Shown: piece by piece, positions 33,119 to 46,645 of the stretch | How positions within the stretch are numbered: the first letter of the stretch is position 1 | How the letters are laid out: each line of letters opens with the position of its first letter | Assembly: GCA_964016885.1 (NCBI GenBank) | Contig: OZ024742.1 | Span: 225,370,001-225,434,000 of the forward strand | Length of the DNA: 64,000 nt | Source: Eledone cirrhosa | Lineage: Eukaryota | Direction of reading: 5' to 3' | Notes under the pieces: generated by a model | Told to the model about the DNA's origin: nothing | Databases searched by the model: none | The model's input: only the letters and a program-made list of their open reading frames with translations | Translations under genes and position numbers: made by a program

Positions 33119-34762
33119 AAAATGGAACGGGAACAACACAGAGAGGCAGTACAAACAAAGGTTTATTTGTTTCACACTCGAGAGTGGGGGGGGGACAACG
33201 TTTCCGGCATAAGCCCTCCTTCGGGAGAAAAGTGGGTGGGAAGAGAGTTCCGAGGGTGTGTGAGGGAGTGGTGGAGAGATATTTAGAAAAAAAGGTGGGG
33301 TGGAAGGGTTACAAATAAAAATAAACATGAAGATAAACAAGTGGTGGAAGGGTGTGGGGCATGTAGGGGTGGTGGAGGGTGGAGTGGGGAGAGGGAGGCG
33401 GGGTGTCCGAGCGGGGAGGGCTGAAGGTGGTGTGTAGGTGTACGTGTGTGTGTGTGTGAATGTGAGAGTTGGGGGAAGAACGAGGTTCCATGTTCAGGAA
33501 AAGGTGTGGTGTGGGTGGGGTGTAGGTCGGTGTGTGCGTGCGTATGGATGGGGAGGGGTTAGAGGGGTGGGGAGGATTCCGGAGGCTGAGTGTGTATATA
33601 TGTGGGGGTACGCACGTGTGTGTTGGTGTTTATACGTTTTGTGGATGTAGGTGGCGTGGTTCGAAAAAAAATTGTGAGTGTATGTCCGTGGGTAAGTTCC
33701 TAAGGTAGTTCCGTAGACGGTGTGAAGAGGTGCCGAATGTTTTCCATGTTATGGAGTGGATAGTGGGAACGATGGGCAATGGTGTGTAATCCGTTGGTTG
33801 TGGTAGCTGGAAGAAGGGATATGTGGTCAGAGGGTCAAGGCAGGAGGAGGGTAGAGGAGAAAGACAGGTGGAGAGGGCTGTGTATCTGTGTGTGCGGAGA
33901 AGTGGTGAGAGGGTCAAGGCAGGAGAAGGCATAGCAGCAGTAGAGGAGGATGGCAGGTGGAGAAAGTCAGTGTGTCAGTGTGTGCAGAGGTGCGGTGGAC
34001 AGGTGTGAAAGGTGGAGTGGGGAGGGGGTCATGCGGAGGGATGGGGTGTGTATTAGTAGAGGTGTTAGTGGGATGTGTGTGTGTGTGAAGAGGTGTGGGT
34101 GGAGTGGGGAGAGAAAAGGTGTGGGGGATGGTGGAGGGAGTGTAGTGTACTGGTGTGTGTGCGTGTTTGGATGAGTGTGTGTGTGGTGAAGGGGGTATTA
34201 GTGGGTGTTAGTATACTGGTGGTGGATGGTGTGTGTGTTCGTGTGCGTGGGGTCGGGGGATGTTAGTGGTATTAGTTGTGGGGTGGTTGGAGTGGATGTG
34301 TGGGTGAGGGTTAGTGGTGGTAGTAGGGTGTTTGAATAGTGTGAGTGCTTGTATAAATGTACAGGTTGGTGTGTGCGTGGTAGGGGAGGGGTGGGGGTGT
34401 TAGTATTGTTAGTTGGGGAGGTTGGACGGGGTGGGTGGGGGTTTTAGTATTGTTAGTTGTGGGGTGGGCCAAGGGGGTGGGCGGTGAAAAGGAGTGTGTT
34501 AGTGGTGTTAGTGGGGGATATGTGTGTGTGGGGCAGGGCGGAACAGGGCGGTCGATGGCCAAAGTGGCGGGCGATGGGGGAACTCCCGCCAAGACGAATA
34601 TCCCGGAGGTGTTCGGTGAAACGGTCCGCCAGGCGATGTCCAGTCTGTCTGACGTAGGTTGCACTGCACTCCGTGCAGCGAAGTCCATAGACTAGGTTGG
34701 AGGAGGTGCAGCAGAAGGTGTGCCGGACAGAGAGAGAGTGGCCGTTGGGACCCTGGAAGGTG
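33114..34762 (-). mobile_element. Penelope-like element, second lineage, copy 2 (GIY-YIG with internal deletion, C/A-rich UTR, mutated hammerhead at 33194-33226)
   Basis: FCCTSSNLVYGLRCTECSATYVRQTGHRLADRFTEHLRDI...PIARHF; UTR homologous to about 8420-9875. Confidence 0.87.
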
Positions 34763-35065
34763 GTGGTGTTTTTTTGTCGTGACACCTACACGACCTCATT
34801 TATTTGAAATAGCTTGCCTTTGTTTTGGACTGAAACGTTTTTGTATTTAATTCATACAAGTATTTTTTAAAGATCTTTTTAAAGATTCTAACATAACTTG
34901 ATTTGGCCCAGTAATCTACTGATATTAAAATCAGTAGTATATTGAAAAATGGAAAAATAAGGTGTGTGTGTGGGGGGGGGGGGGGGGGCGTTTCGTGATT
35001 TTTATGGGCAAAACCTTTGCTTTAAAACAAGGAGTTTTATATCAAAAGATTACTATTTTTCTAAG

Positions 35066-35250
35066 GGCAGTGGATTGGCAGTATCGGTAGAGCAACAGAC
35101 ACCATGCTTTGTAGCATAGAGTTATGGCCCTTTGTGTTCAAATCCCACTGAGGTTAACTTTGCCTTTCATCCTTACGGGGTTGAATAAATAAAGTACCAG
35201 TAATGCACTGGGATAATTGCTGGCCTTGTGCCAATAGTAGAAACAATTAT
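35066..35250 (+). mobile_element. tRNA-derived SINE with Nin/Deu-like domain
   Basis: TTGGCAGTATCGGTAGAGC (A-box-like), GTTCAAATCCC (B box), CTTTGCCTTTCATCCTTACGGG. Confidence 0.8.
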
Positions 35251-37373
35251 GTTTTTAATGAAAGCCATTCCCTAAGGTTTTCAAATATTTTTTTAACAAA
35301 TCAAGCAATATAATTAACTTTATTATTATTGTACTGGTGTTTGGAACATTACTTAACGAAGGTTCTTAGAATTAATAGTTTTATATAAAAGTAAATAGTT
35401 TTATATTGTAGAACCATAAGTGGCTGGGTATCAAAAAGATTCAATTTTCTTTATCTTTCTTGGAAATAACTTTGCATGTCTTTCTCTAATGTTTATGCAG
35501 GCATTTTTGTCTGTTTATTCTCAACAGCTACTGGAAATAATGTTTTGTCCTTCTCAGTAGTATCAGCCAATAGCAAGGATGTGTGTATGAGTATTTCTTT
35601 ATTTACTGCTTCTAACATTACACATCTGCTGACTTCAGTTCTGTCCTACATTTTAACTATTCTTGTAAAATATTTACTCTTGTCAATTAAAGCACAGATT
35701 TTTCACTATTAGCAATTTCTTCATTTAACACCCTTTCTTGGGATATTGTGTGTAGTTTTATTTTTATATAATTTTTTTAATCATTTTACAACCCTTTTCA
35801 ATGTTTTACCACTAGAATTATCTATAACACAACAACAATTTTAACCCATCGTCATCATATTTCTAATGAAAGACACTGCCTATGATATTCAAATATTTTT
35901 TTTAAATAATCAAGAATTTGAAGCAATTTAGTAATATAACAAATTTTCTCATTACCTAGCATTTAAACCAGCTGTATCCAGCCAGAATTCTCTCACCTCA
36001 TTCTGTTCAAAACGGTTGCAACTGGCCACTCCTACTGATGTTAAGGTATTGTTCTCAAAATAAATATCAACATCTCATAGATATGTGAGATATTCGATAT
36101 GTGAGATAACTCTGAGAGATTCAGCCTTTACTGTGAAAATACAATATTAAATATAGTCATGGAAATGCTAAATGGTTAAGCTGGTGTTTGGAACATAACT
36201 AAACTGAGATTATTATATAACATTATAATAGAAGGATTTGTTTATATAAATATAAATACTTTACCTTTTTGTTACTATATTTCTTTCTAATGTATGACAC
36301 AAATAATTATTAAAATAATTAAGAATTCAGCAAAATTTAGTTATACAACTAACTTTCTCATTAAGCTGCTACTTGGAATATAACTTAAAGGTTCTTACAT
36401 AAAATTATAACTTTTTAGACAAATATAGACATTTTAAAACAAACAGCATTATATTGTAGAACCAGGGGCAGTTTTAATCAGTTCAAATGCTACTTCATAT
36501 CACTAGGAAAATGGTTACATGATAGGATTGTGGCCCCTATCATTAAAAAATTTAAAGACACCTCCTATGAGATGTAACTCCCTGCATGTGTGAACTGTAA
36601 CAACTATATATTTTATTGATGCTCCAATAGTTAATTGGCAAAGCTAATTGTTATGTGATTTGGACTCAGAATGTAGAGAGCAACACTCCCTCCAAACTGT
36701 ACAAGTGTATGACTGTGCAGTTATCATATTGGTGCCATGTACATTGAAATGATGCAACTCAGTCATTTTGCAATGTTGTCGTGCACACCAAAAGTAGCCA
36801 CGACAAAATTTTACCATGCATATCAAAATATTGTTGATACAATAACATTACAATGCTATTGCACATATCAAAATATTGTCAACACAGTAGTTTTGCAATG
36901 TTGCTTTAGCAGTATGGTTTATAGAGGTTATTGAGACACGAGTGACATAATGATTTCAACAGCAGAAATTAGAGATGAAATATATGTTTATTTTGATGTA
37001 GCACAAACAATGGTGTGGTACAGAGGCTGGTTTCTGGCGTGTGATCAGTCTGCTTTCCAGTGGCTGTCTGTTTTATTTCTCGCGTTCTCAACCAGCGGGA
37101 GATAACTAGGGTTGTTCTATCAAGAGGCGTGAGGCGTCTTACTACAGTACATCCTGCCAGATTTTCAAATCAGCAAAAATCGATGTCATTACTCACATGT
37201 GGAGTAAGATGGCGAACAATGGAACAAGGGGGAGCTATTCGCTCTACCAAAAATTGAATCCAGAATAAGGATTTTAAAAATGTTAAAAAAAAAAACAACA
37301 TGCATGCATAAAAAACAAGGCAAAGAAAAAGCAGAAACACAGAGGCAAAAAAAAAAGGTGCAGCTAACATAGT

Positions 37374-37745
37374 CTAAATATAGACGGTGCTGCAAAATTT
37401 TTTAGGCCAGTGGACCCTACGACCTGAACGGGTCGTAGTCTTGTAACGTGGCGATGGTGGTGGTGTAGGGACAGGCGATGATGGTGGTTCAGGAACAGGC
37501 GTTCGCTCAACAGGCAAATACGAAGGGGTTTGTGGATCAGGAACCACAGTGTCCGTGTCAAGGTGCGCCTGCTTAAGCCTGTCTATTGTAACTGTCTCCC
37601 CGGACCCCTTAATATCTAACGTGAAATGCTTAGCCAAGCGCGCTAAGACACGGTAAGGTCCAGTGTAAGGCTGTGTGAGCGGGGGCTTCACAGAATCTTT
37701 CCTTACAAAGACATGCGTCCACGAGGCAATATCCCTCGGGACAGC
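37374..37745 (-). pseudogene. Gypsy integrase C-terminal (GPY/F module) remnant
   Basis: HVFVRKDSVKPPLTQPYTGPYRVLAR..KHFTLDIKG..ETVTIDRLK.AHL...TTRSGRRVHWP. Confidence 0.88.
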
Positions 37746-39679
37746 AGTCTTGACAGTTTTTTTCCAGAAAGCTGAAACCTACTGTCTCAATTTCTCGAGT
37801 CCCTGTGGTAACGAGACAGAAGGTAAAGTGGTGACCGACGTAAGACTTTAACACAGCCCTTCTTTTTCATTCAGTTGAACTTTTATTGCCACGTTGCCAA
37901 CCTTTTTCGCAACTTGCGAAAATACAATATATTCCTTTCAAAATTTTTTTGAAAAATTGGCAGTATTTCAAAAAATTTCAAGATGGCTACCGACAAGTCC
38001 TAACTACACTCGACAACAACAACAATGACAGCAGCAGCGACAGCGTTGTTTAACCACTGACCAATACAGGGAACAGTGAGTGGCAGCTTCATAGCCTTAC
38101 CGACGCAAACCACCACACATCGGAAATTTCAAAACGGCTTGTAACTTTACCGACGCAACCACCATACCTTCTGTCTCGTTACCACAGGGACTCGAGAAAT
38201 TGAGACAGTAGTTTTCTCACCATTATGGCGTCAGACGTGGCTGCCATGTTTGGTGACTGCTACTCTACAGAAGATTCTTTGACTTTGCTTTAACAATAAG
38301 CAACACAACCTTGTAGCAGGACGGTAAAATGGCCACAAAAACTCACAAAAACACCATACATCTAACCCCTAACGGCATTAACAAACTTCTTTTTCAGTTT
38401 TTAGATAGAACTAGTGTCTGTACACTGGTGATGTGTGAACTATTTGACTTTGAAAAACTTTGAACTTATTGAGCAATTTCTCTGCTCCCTTAGATTGACT
38501 TTGAATTATCAGTTTGTTACATTCACATATTTCTTTGTAGAATGCATTTACTTGTTTTGTGTTCTTTTGCTATTTGCTTGCTCATGGTTTTTGTTCATTC
38601 ACATTCTTTGCTGTTTTACATGCCTGCATATGCACACATTTTTTTTATCACACACCAACATGTTGTTCTTGGTATATGTTCTTCAAACGTAATATTCTGC
38701 GAGTCCCTTTTCACCTGGTCGAGGTGCTGTCACATGCTAGCAGCTCACAGAGCTTAATCCACTGGATTCAAACAGGCACCGCAACACGAGAATACTAATT
38801 GCAGCTAAACTCAAACAGCTTCGCATCTCGTTGCACACTGATCGTCCATGACGGCCATCCGTCTTGTTGTTTTTGCCCGACTCGCTGGGAAAGCAACAAA
38901 TTGAACTGGACTTGTCAGCATTTCGGCCACTTCTGTGGATTCGCCCGAATTATGGAATTTACACTGCAACCCACCTACAGATTAAACTTGCCTTTTTTTT
39001 TTTTTTTTTTTTTTTTCTTTACAAAGCAACCAGCCATTTTTTTCTGGCTCCACAGCACTTTCGGCAATATATCTGGGAGGCCAACATTTTCTCGCCTACC
39101 CATCATCTTCTTGCCAGCACTGGTGAACTACCATAATAGCTTCGTCCACAACTACTGGTGCAGCACTTGCCATTGACATTTAATGCAAGAACAGCAACTT
39201 CGCCCATGTCAGACTTTATCCGTTTTTGTTAGACCTTTGGCGGTCACGTATAAACAACAAAACAACTGGTCATTTGACACAGCGGCTCAACACGGCCCGT
39301 AGCGCCTCATTTTTTTTCTTGCATGCAGCCTTCTGTTCAATTATTTTGTCACTGATGTGCTCTTTCGGCATTTGTTCTTGCTGATTTAATAATCTGTATC
39401 GACTACCGTCTAGAAAGGGGGTATTGTAGTGACCTACATTCCGCGGGCTCACATACATTCTCTGTGCGTGATTTGGCTCAGTTCAGCCAATCAGCGCCAG
39501 TAGAAGAGGATGTATCCCTACGCGCCCGGAGGAAGAAATTCCCCGCGAAGATTTGAAGAATCTCTCTCTTGTACCAGAAACTTCGAGCCAGCACACGCAT
39601 AATGTAACGGTGAGATATTGCACCCTAGCCTCGCCGGCTTTTCGGCGCAATGGCACATTCCCTTTTGTAACCTTTTTTT

Positions 39680-39697
39680 ATCACGTCGGGGTCACCA
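39680..39697 (-). promoter_or_regulatory. Primer-binding site complementary to the tRNA-Trp 3' end
   Basis: Minus strand TGGTGACCCCGACGTGAT, 1 nt from the LTR end. Confidence 0.9.
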
Positions 39698-40643
39698 CTT
39701 TAGCAGTATGGTTTATAGAGGTTATTGAGACACGAGTGACATAATAATGATTTCAACAGCAGAAATTAGAGATGAAATATATGTTTATTTTTGATGTAAC
39801 ACAAACAATGGTGTGGTACAGAGGCTGGTTTCTGGCGTGTGATCAGTCTGCTTTCCAGTGGCTGTCTGTTTTATTTCTCGCGTTCTCAACCAGCGGGAGA
39901 TAACTAGGGTTGTTCTATCAAGAGGCGTGAGGCGTCTTACTACATTGCTATATAATAGCTTTGACATATAATTACAGCCATGCATGTAACTATCATCATC
40001 ATCATTTAACGTCCATGTTTCCACGCTGCATGAGTTAGACGAGTTATCCTGTTGTGAGCAATGCCAGGTCAGATGACCATGTCTTGCTCGTACAGAACTG
40101 ATTTTGGCTTGGTTTCTATAGCTGGATGCCCTTCCTAATGTCAATCTCATTTACAGTGAGGACTGGGTGATTTTTGTCATGACACCTACGCGACCACTTT
40201 ACAGTGTGGACTGGGTGCTTTTTGTTGCAACACCTACATAACTACTTTACAGTGTCGACTGGGTGCTTTTTGCCATGTCACCATCACGACCACTTTACAG
40301 TGTGGGCTGGAGGCTTGGGTATTTTAATCATAATTTGTGAATGATAAGGGCGTTAACTTTACAATCACATGGTTTGAGGTTCAGTAACACTGTCACACTT
40401 TAGGAAAGTGTCTTCTACTATAGCCTCAAGCTGACCAATGTCTTGTAAAAGATATTTGGTTAACAGAAACTTTCTGGAAGCCCATTGTATATATGTATGT
40501 ATACTTACATATATATATATATACTTATTTATGTGTGTATATATATATATATATGCATGTGTGTGTGTGTGCCATCATCTTATGCCAAGTTTTTCCTTCA
40601 GTTTGCTTATGCTCATGCACACTAACCTTGCACATCCATCAAA

Positions 40644-40707
<64 letters not shown>

Positions 40708-41145
40708 GTGTGTGTGTGTGTACATAATGTTGTGGGTTCAATTCCTTGTTCCGGTGGCATGTTGTATGCTTGAGCAAAACACTTCATGTTACTCAAGTAC
40801 ACTTAGCTGAAAATGAATACCACCACACATCATGCCACCAGACCAAGGAATTGAACCCACAACAGTATGCTCATGAGTCATTTACCTTAACCACTAGGCT
40901 ATACACCTTCATATCTATATATACATAAATCTTGCCTTCACATCTATGTATATATAAAACTTGCCAAAGAGTCAAGAGGACTCTTCAGTTGTGTAAAGAG
41001 CGTGACAACTTCTCTGGTGTTGGTGACATCATGAAATGCACTGATTGCACTCTGAGAAATGCTGGAGGATAGGAAAGGCATCCAGCCATATAAAACTTGC
41101 CAAACAAATGGTTGAGAGGACTTCTGAGGTTTGTCAAAGATATGC

Positions 41146-41944
41146 TGCATACGAACAGCAATGTTGCATGGCAGTGAGACCTGGGCATTGTGTGCAGAGG
41201 ATATACGCAGACTAGAGAGGAACGAAGCTTGCATGCTCCGCTGGATGTGTAATAGTAATATACGTGAACGGCAAAGCATAAATGAACTAAGGAAAAAATT
41301 AGAAATAAGAGGGATCAGATGTTGTTTACTCGAGAGAAGGCTACGTTGGTATGGACACGTGATGCGCATGAAAGTCGATAGCTGTATAACAAAGTGCAGG
41401 GCAGTAAAGATAGACGGTAGCCACGGAATAGGCAGACCTAGAAAAACCTGGGACGAGCTGATAAACTCCGACCTCACACACTTACACCTCTCCAAGACAA
41501 TGTCACTGGACCGAGACCTTTGGCGGTACTCAGTAATAGAGAAGACCCGCCTTACCTAAATACATAGTAAAACTTACTACAGTCAGTAGGCATCTCTAAC
41601 AAAATACACCCCCGTCCCACCACCCCCACCCCATCCACACCACCCCCTTCTATGTAAAGTTATGTTGGTGCCACACCATCCAGGCCGAAACAAATGAGAT
41701 CGTGTAGGTGTCACGACAAAAAAACACACAGTCCACGCTGTAATGTGGCCGTGTAGGCAACACGGTAAAAAACTCCCAGCCCCACACTGTAAATGTGGTT
41801 GGTGTTAGGAAGGGCATCCAACTGTAGAAAACCTGCCAGACAGTCCTATGCGAGCAAGACAATCACTCTTGCCTCAAGTGGGAAAACCCCCGTCCAAACC
41901 CATGCAAGCGTGGAACACGGACGTTAAACGTTGATGATGATGAC
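41146..41944 (+). mobile_element. RTE subfamily C, 5'-truncated
   Basis: ORF 41131..41559; nearly identical to about 57418-58225 (reverse complement). Confidence 0.93.
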
Positions 41945-43061
41945 AACCTTTCTGGTGCTGGTTTAACATACTAAATTGAAGTAACTTATATTGCAACCTG
42001 GAGTTTTTTTTAAGATGTCAGTGTTGAAGTAGCTTACATTGTGACCTAAACAAAGCACCCTGACCTCAGAAACCAGAGACATTTGACAGCTAGAATGTTG
42101 ATATCAGTTTAAAAGAATTTCTAGGAAACATGTACAGAACATTAATTTTTCTTTTGTTCTCTGACTTAACATGATGTGTTCAAAGTTTAGAAGATCTAAA
42201 CAAAAATAGAAAACTGAATTGAATTACATTTTATGGTTGAAAAAATATTTCTTTTTTAATTTAATTTTTATTTTACTCAGTCTGTAATACCCTCTCTATT
42301 CTGCCTGTCGGGCGATCAGTCCGCCGGGGCCACAGGGCGGCCCACACATGCGCCCCCATTTACTGATATTAGTGAGAGATGGGGAGAGCAGGAAAGACGG
42401 AGGCACTGACAGTGGGAGTTTGGTTCATTTCTGTTCAGACCTGGTGTATATGTATATGTTTCATGGACACACGCTTGCACATCTGTTTCCCTACTACCAT
42501 ATTACAACCTGTTGTTGCTGACTTTGAAAACAGAGAAAGACAGACAGCAAGTAATAAAGAATCGAGAAAAAAAAAATTCTTATATTTATATCCTGTTATT
42601 AAGTTGTCATGAAAAACCAGTGAGATTGATGCTATTAACCCATTTAATACCAAACTGTCCCTAATTCTACAATACAAAACTATATTTCTCGGACTCTAAT
42701 GAAGCAGTGAGGGGATAAAGTTAATATAAAGAGTGGTGCGTTCATGTGCTGAGATGCTTATAAAATAGAGTAAAGACCCTTACAGACAGAAAAAAAATAT
42801 TCATCTAAAAATCTTCCGTCATAATTTTATGTAAGAACCTTTGTTAAGTTATACTTCAAATACTAGCTTAATTATGAGAAAGTTAGTTATATTACTAAAT
42901 CCTTCCAAATTCTTAATTATTTTCAAAATAATTTGAAAATGATAGGCAGTGTCTTTCATTAGAAATATATTGATGAAGATTTATCTCAAAGCCTTCCATC
43001 ATAATTTCATGTAAGAATATGTTCCAAACATCAGCTTAGTAATGAAAAGGTTTGTTTTATA

Positions 43062-43492
43062 AGGGTGGTGGATTGGCAGTATCAGTAAAGCATTGGACAA
43101 TGCTTTGCAGCATAGAGTTATGGTCCTTTACGGTCAGGGTTCAAATCCTGCTGAGGTTAGCTTTGCCTTTCATCCTTACAAGGTTGATAACATAAAAGAC
43201 CAGTTATGCACTGGGGTCAATTTAAGTGATGTTCCCTTCCCCAAAAATTGTTGGCCTTGTGCCTATACTAGAAATCATTATTAAATCCTTCAAATTAACA
43301 GTCGGTGAATTGGCAGTATCGGTAGAGGGCCAGACGCCATGCTTTCCAGCATAGTTACGTCCCTTTATGGTCTGAGTTCAAATCCCGTCGAGGTTAACTT
43401 TGTCTTTCATCCTTACGGAGTCGATAAAATAAAGTACCAGTAATGTATTGGGTAATTGCTGGCCTTGTGCCAAAAAGTAGAAACAATTATTA
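43062..43492 (+). mobile_element. Two tandem tRNA-derived Nin/Deu-like SINEs
   Basis: A/B boxes and the CTTTGCCTTTCATCC domain occur twice. Confidence 0.8.
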
Positions 43493-44859
43493 AATCCTTC
43501 AAATTCTTGATTATTTTCAAAATTATTTGAAAATCAAAGGTTGCATTTTTCATTAAAAATATGGTAACAAAAAGGTTAATCTGAGCTATTTTTTTATAAA
43601 GCAAAGCCCAAATATTGTAAAAGAAAACGTGAAGTTTGAAATGAAATCTGAATTTTAAAAATTAACCTTAAATCGAAATTGTTATATTTTCTCCTGGGAC
43701 ACATTTTTATTGTATCTACCAGGGGTGTATTTATATGCACCTGTAGTTGGTACTACTTAGCTCCAGGTTAACCCTGATCCAGCAGACCTACTGTCATCAT
43801 TGTTTAGCATCCATTTTTCCATGTTTGCATGAGTTAAACGGGTCGTCCACGTCAGGAGACAAGTCTGGCCAGAATTGGCCACACCATACCATGCTCCGAC
43901 GGGTTTATAAATTTGGCCAGGGATTTTACAGCTGGATACCCTTCCTAACACCGCTGCATTTACAGTGTGGAACCTATGATCAAAGATATTCTGTGACCAC
44001 TCTTGTGTGATTGTATATCTATGACTACATTGTTCAATGTGTCTTTTTTTCCTATACAGTAAGGTGTGATTTGAGGGAGATTAGTTGCTATTTTTAGCAA
44101 TATCAAGCAACTACATAGAGTTCGGTAATTGTTGTTTAGTCCCAGCTGATCAAAGTCATTCCATATCCATGTACCACCATAAACTGCTCCCAATACATTT
44201 GAACATTCTAAATAATTTTCAATTTAGATTTGTTTACATTAATTGTCTTCTACAAGTCAACCTTTAAAAAAATGAACCTCACAACAGGTATGACAAATGA
44301 CAAAGGGTTGTGAGGGCTGATGCTATATTGTGCTGGTAAAGACTGACCAACAGCATAAATGTGACCTGACTTATCCCTCTGTCCCCTCTCTCCCTCTCCC
44401 TTTCTTTCCACTAGCACTTCCTGCAGCTATCTTCATCATCACTACACACTCCCACTCTATCCATTGTCCCTCCAGTATCATTCCTTAGCTACCCCCCCCC
44501 CTCTCTAAAACCATTAGCTTCACTTTCTCACTGGAATATTTACCCTCACCACACCTATACACCCCATCCATTCCCCCTCCACTATCACTCCTTAGCTATC
44601 CTCTCCACTACACCTCCCCTTCTGACACTGGTGAGAGCCATCTGTCCCAACCCATGCTATTGACCACACAATCCATACTCCCCCACCACATCCCTCCCTA
44701 TGCTATCAGAAGTCACACTTTTCCCTTCCCTGCTCATTACATGGTGAAATCATACCACATTTGCTATAAGTTCATACTTATCTCCCCTTTCCTCTCACTC
44801 CCACCCAACCCTCACAGAGCAAAGAGTGCTCTTCCATTGGGACAAGGACCAATAACTTC

Positions 44860-45490
44860 TCAATTGTTGGTGCCACAAAAAATGCACTTGGTGCACCCTG
44901 TAGGGTGGTTGGTGACAGAAAGGGCACCCCACTGTAGAAACCATGCCTACAAAGGGCTGAGAGGACCCTTCAGTTGTGTCACAACATGACAACCTCTCTA
45001 GTGTTGGTGATCTACACAATAAATGTATCCAGTACATGCTGTAAAGTTGGTGGTAGGGAGGGCATCCAGCTGTAGAAAGCTTGCCAAAGTTGTGTAAAGG
45101 TCAAGACAACCTCCCTTGTGTTGGTGATTTACACGATAAATGCACCCAGTACATACTGTAACGTGGTTGGTGAAAGGAAGGACATCCAACTATAGAAAGC
45201 TTGCCAAACACCCCCACCAAGTACATGCTGTAAAGTGGTTGGTGATAGGAAGAACATCCAATTGTAGAAAGTTGCCAAATAAAGGGTTAGAAGGTCCCTT
45301 AATTGTGTCAAAGACATAACGACCTCTCTTGTGTTGGTGCACTTGGTAGAACATGAGACCGTACAGAAGCGAGATGCAAACACCCAGTCTGTCTGGGAAG
45401 TTTGTAGCCCTGCTTCAGTACTGACTTGGTCTATGAAGACCCATCCAACCCTTGCTAGCAGGGAAAGCAGATGTTAAAGGAGAATGATGA
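44860..45490 (+). repeat. Tandemly reiterated SINE/RTE-UTR module followed by an RTE-type tail
   Basis: About four repeats of GTAAAGTGGTTGGTGA.AGGAAGG.CATCCA.CTGTAGAAA; ends CCCTTGCTAGCAGGGAAAGCAGATGTTAAA. Confidence 0.65.
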
Positions 45491-46126
45491 CTGCAGAATG
45501 AAACATCTCAGAATGATACCAACCTACCCAAAACTGCCAAGGTCCTCTGAAACAAAACCACCCATTTTAAAAGCAAACTCCTTCTCCATGCAGCTATACC
45601 TGCACCCTTGTACTGAAAAATTTGGTAGAGAGGTAGGATGAAGGGTTTGCATGTACACACATACACCCTCTCTTTCTTTCTCTCAAATGCATACACACAC
45701 AGAGATAAAATACAGAATACATATGGGAAAGAAGAATTAAGGTGTGGGAATCATTATGTAAACCTTGTTTTATTCATTAAAAAAATAAACACATAAAAAT
45801 GTACATATGTGTGTGTTATGTGTGTATGTATGTATGTATGTATGTATGTATGTATGTATGTATGTATGTATCATCATCATCATCACATGTGGGTGTGGGT
45901 GTTATTCATGTAATCCAAGAATATAAGTCTTAAATGTGAAGTTTCAGGAAAGGTCATCAAATTTCAAATTTTCCCATTGGCTGATAAATTTTGGGAAAAT
46001 AAATATAATGAAATATTAAAAAAACACTTTTGTGTTCTATATCCTGCTCAAGACAATTTATTCTATGTGTCTGTGTATGTGTGTATATATATATATCTCA
46101 TCGTTTTATGTCTGCTTTTCCTTGCT

Positions 46127-46176
<50 letters not shown>

Positions 46177-46645
46177 TCACACACACATATTGTGTGTTTT
46201 ATTAAGCTGTCAAATGCCTCAGACAGTGGACAGGAAAAAACCCACTGCTTTTTTTTTTCTTTCTTAATTATTCCAATTCTCACCAAACAAGATATATAAT
46301 AGAACAAAGGTATTTTATAATTACCTGTCCACCTAAATCTAGGTGAATATATAACATCTTTTCCTATATATTATCTTCCTAATTAATTAATTGTAATAAT
46401 TCGATTATATTATATATATATATGTATATTAAACCTTTCATAACTATATTTCTAATGAAAAACACTTTTAGGATTTTCATATAATTTACATAAAATTATA
46501 TTGAAGATCTTTTAGATAAATATATTCTATTTAAAACAAATAGTCCTGTATCATAGAACCAAGACTGGTTTCAAAAGGGTTAATTAATTGTCATTACTTT
46601 ATTATATTATATCATCATCATCTTTTATATTGCTATTTCACTTGT

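Larger units (their letters stand above)
36905..39944 (-). mobile_element. Non-autonomous Gypsy-type LTR retrotransposon
   Basis: LTRs at 36905-37146 and 39699-39944 are nearly identical. TSD TTGC at 36901-36904 and 39945-39948. PBS and an integrase C-terminal remnant are present. Confidence 0.93.
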
